The notes under the pieces: model-generated
The model's database searches: none
The model's input: the letters and a program-made list of their open reading frames with translations, nothing else
Told to the model about the DNA's origin: nothing
Position numbers and translations under genes: made by a program
Assembly: GCA_030141605.1 (NCBI GenBank)
Contig: JAQGDQ010000532.1
Coordinates: 62,001-126,000, forward strand
DNA length: 64,000 nt
Direction of reading: 5' to 3'
From: Tubiluchus corallicola
Taxonomy: Eukaryota; Animalia; Priapulida
Part shown: positions 61,901 to 64,000 of the stretch, piece after piece
Layout: each line of letters opens with the position of its first letter
Numbering within the stretch: the stretch's first letter is position 1

Positions 61901-63901
61901 TGGCTGTATCTAACTGTCATTGCAGCAAGTTTAGATTTTCAAGTTTTATACAGCCTTCTAGCTAATACAAGCTATGTGCGCATACGTAGGTGATACAATT
62001 TTTTTAGTTTTATGTAAGTAAGGGCTTTCTTGTGCTCTAACAAACAGAAAGTTGTAGCGTAGAAAAACACAATATGTTGATAAAACCGGCATACCTAACG
62101 TAACTTGCTTCTCATAAAATTTTCTGTAAGTAATTTGTGATGTAAAAATTAAAAATGTCTCCAGCTTTGGGCAGCAAGCATTCTTATTGGCCAGTTTTGG
62201 TCAGCACATTTGACTCTCATTAGAAGGCCACTGTAAGCGAGCTTAGTAATCTCCAACCTTATGCAAACATAAGCATAGCCATTAGTAGAGCTCACAACCA
62301 CACGATACTTACAGACTCTTTGACGCTTTGCTTCATTTCACGAAACTTTCGTTTCAACTCGTTATGGAACTGTCGCAAATCCTGTGACACCAGACGCTCG
62401 TGTAAGGACAAGGCACCATTCAAGATCTCAATCTATTCATTGTAATATAAATACATTAATGAAACAGTGCAAATTGAAAATACAAAATACAGTACAAAGC
62501 AGTTTCTTCAGTTTCCACGACAACCTACAGAATAAGATGCTTGTACTAGGTAAGAAAATAAATAAAGATTAAAAAAGGAAAAAACTGATAATAAGAGTAA
62601 ATAAATCTGAAAATTGTAGTCATCAAATTACGATTAATGAAATCTTGATATAATTGTAAAAGCATACCTGTTCATACATTGCTTGTTTTAACATAGCTAT
62701 GTACTCTACATCATCTGGATGCGATTGAATATACTCCGGTACAAAAAACGCCTGAAATTAACGCAATCGAGATGTTACTGGCCACACCAGTAAATGGTAC
62801 TTTATGCATTTCTCTATAAATATAATTGTTTTTTTTTATTTATTATTGTTATTACATTCAGTACACTATAATGACATTAAGCACACAGTGACATCAAAAT
62901 TATTACATCTACTGTATAAAATTCTTATGTTTCATACACTATCGTTATCATAAAAGAATAATTGTACTGCAGTGGGCTAGAGAAGCAAAGGCTTGTATAA
63001 GCCCACTATTATGTGAACCCGATAAAAAAAATGGATGACTGAAAAAAAAAGAACTGGGAGAAAGGTTAGATCACACAGGAAGGGTAGAAGGATGTGTTAG
63101 TGGAAATGGTAGGAAGAAAGATAATAGATTGCGCTATGTTGACATCAGCTCTAAAGATTTATCAATTTTGCATAATCTGTACCAGGATTGTGGTATGACT
63201 GCTGCAGTAGGTGTGGGAAATTAGGAAGTGTTGTACTTGTTGAGAATCATTGCTCTGTATTTCTTTTTAAATTTTTGAATTGGCTAAACAGTTTTTAATT
63301 CATCATTTATGTCATTCCAAAAATTTAGCAATGAGACCAAATCATCGTTTCTTTACTGCAGAGATTCTCGAATACGATATTTAATGTATGCAATTGTAAA
63401 AAGATAATGAAACAGAACATAATTCTGTTTTCGTGCATATGCTTTGCCCGTTAAGATTTCAAATACTCCGTAATGCATCATAAAACAGCAGAACGATTCT
63501 TTTATAATGCAGTAACAGTTAAACTTAGAAACTAGAATGCTCTGAAAATTGGGAATCAACCAGGATTTGAACCCAGAACAAAATGGCGTTGAGTGATATA
63601 CCCTGCCCAAATGAGCAGCTGTCGACCCACAAGGCCAAAACTGGTCTGATTCTCGTACTACTCAGCACATAAATCAGTCACAGCCACCCAGCCATAGTAA
63701 AAATCAACTAATTAATGATTAAGCTACAACTGAGCCTTAGTAGTATAAGTACAATATAGTCATACCGATTGAAATCTTTTGATTCCTCCGTTAACAGCTG
63801 CGTTGATCACTCCATCTAATTTCATGCTGAAACTTTTCAAATCGTCAATCATCCCACCTCGCTCTTGTCTCACGGCAACTGAGAGGTTGCTAATGTCCTC
63901 A
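52318..63901 (-). CDS. DOCK3/4: 3' part of a dedicator-of-cytokinesis DOCK3/DOCK4-type (DOCK-B) Rac GEF: end of DHR2 and Pro/Ser-rich tail; gene continues beyond the right edge
   Basis: Phase-compatible GT-AG exons 63901-63766, 62751-62668, 62432-62313, 60508-60360, 59781-59658, 57939-57894, 57281-57069, (55231-55121), 53749-53658, 52908-52318. FSMKLDGVINAAVNGGIKRFQSAFFVPEYIQSHP...EQIEILNGALSLHERLVSQDLRQFH matches the DHR2 catalytic-valine region (AAVNGG form of DOCK3/4). Confidence 0.9.
53164..53432. mobile_element. Harbinger-like MITE
   Basis: TAA|TGGCACATTCAGA ... TCTGAAAGTGCCA|TAG. Confidence 0.5.
53658..53749 (-). CDS. DOCK3/4: DOCK penultimate exon
   Basis: AGSSLSPVPSGGDTTPTCDIDAPPRLPGRK; phase 1 to 0. 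Confidence 0.85.
55121..55231 (-). CDS. DOCK3/4: Possible symmetric cassette exon of DOCK
   Basis: 111 nt, phase 1 to 1, MLKIHDRILKSMEAAADYSKPVAVNDDDDDNNESDE, donor GTACGT; acceptor is weak (AAAATAG). Confidence 0.5.
55497..56017. mobile_element. MITE family A, copy 2 (internal deletion relative to copy 1)
   Basis: Same termini and shared internal blocks (TTTTGCTTCGGGTTTTTT, GATGAACTTGGTATCAAA). Confidence 0.8.
57069..57281 (-). CDS. DOCK3/4: DOCK tail exon
   Basis: GSQTSVETLCPSSKRLDAMSDHQRMTSWSSEDSS...VAPPLPPKSPRLIM; donor GTAAGT. Confidence 0.87.
57508..57639 (-). mobile_element. Fragment of the same 5S-derived SINE in a DOCK intron
   Basis: Near-identical to ~19735-19860, spanning the 5S 3' part and the start of the body. 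Confidence 0.85.
57894..57939 (-). CDS. DOCK3/4: DOCK tail exon (46 nt)
   Basis: NVGEGEMDNGASPPT; TTTCAG / GTACGC; supplies the required phase 0 to 1 change. Confidence 0.8.
58018..58130. mobile_element. MITE family A, left-end fragment
   Basis: TGTGTGCTTGCAAA...CATAAGTCGGCATAGTTAAAACTAC matches the left ends of copies 1 and 2. Confidence 0.7.
58784..59052. repeat. 56 bp minisatellite, ~4.8 near-identical copies
   Basis: TCAGCATGTAAAAACAATGTGGGACAG... at 58784, 58840, 58896, 58952, 59008. Confidence 0.95.
59658..59781 (-). CDS. DOCK3/4: DOCK tail exon
   Basis: IPTQGSPPTPGKQSREPSNTPFPLHEMRRDSGYQSRHFIEQ; phase 2 to 0. Confidence 0.85.
60360..60508 (-). CDS. DOCK3/4: DOCK tail exon
   Basis: RKGSLQHGPWEMTSVDSASSLTSMDSSTETINSTSSFDMRTQPVTYRKF; ACAG / GTAAGT, phase 0 to 2. 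Confidence 0.85.
60725..61485 (+). mobile_element. 5'-truncated LINE (CR1/L2/Crack group), ORF2 C-terminus plus 3' UTR
   Basis: ORF ...QRKFVRIL...SLFNECGII...YMYK...RTNSARHFIKFTAPNNWNKL...SFKKYLK is the typical post-RT tail of this LINE group; ends AATAAA(TTGA)n. Confidence 0.85.
62313..62432 (-). CDS. DOCK3/4: DOCK last DHR2 exon
   Basis: IEILNGALSLHERLVSQDLRQFHNELKRKFREMKQSVKES; donor GTAAGT. Confidence 0.9.
62668..62751 (-). CDS. DOCK3/4: DOCK DHR2 exon
   Basis: AFFVPEYIQSHPDDVEYIAMLKQAMYEQ; TTTCAG / GTATGC. Confidence 0.92.
62828..63500 (-). mobile_element. Decayed LINE 3' fragment (CR1/L2/Crack group)
   Basis: Minus-strand remnant AKFWNDINDELKTV*PIQKFKKKYR, followed by a UTR and AATAAATAAAAAAAA tail. 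Confidence 0.65.
63766..63901 (-). CDS. DOCK3/4: DOCK exon with the DHR2 nucleotide-sensor loop
   Basis: EDISNLSVAVRQERGGMIDDLKSFSMKLDGVINAAVNGGIKRFQS; TTTTTTTAG / GTATG. Confidence 0.92.
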
Positions 63902-64000
63902 CTAAAAAAAGTGCAAATATTTATCCGTCGTGAATTCTTAGACTAACAATTATCAAGATTCTTTTACTGCAATTTTTACAAAACATGTTGTCTGGTATAT

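Overview
AT-rich, repeat-rich animal (probably bilaterian invertebrate) genomic DNA with spliceosomal introns; all coordinates were read by hand and may be off by a few bases. Three protein-coding loci are visible. (1) A minus-strand locus on the left: a >=2.3 kb uninterrupted Ser-rich ORF (2315 to the window edge, missed by the ORF track) whose N-terminus carries an FFAT-like motif, plus candidate upstream/alternative first exons at 31007-30667 and ~28430-28377. (2) A complete 9-exon plus-strand quinone oxidoreductase-like 2 gene (CRYZL2-type MDR enzyme, 33943-48563, ~360 aa) whose exon 7 is present as two intact, diverged copies that can only be used mutually exclusively - the most striking feature of the window. 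(3) The 3' part of a minus-strand DOCK3/4-type Rac GEF (DHR2 end plus Pro-rich tail, 63901-52318), convergent with CRYZL2. The rest is introns and intergenic DNA holding a 5S-rRNA-headed SINE (2 copies), a tRNA-headed SINE, a 3.2 kb TTAA-flanked non-autonomous transposon with ~500 bp TIRs, several MITEs, LINE 3' fragments, minisatellites and microsatellites. No CRISPR array or prokaryotic system is supported.
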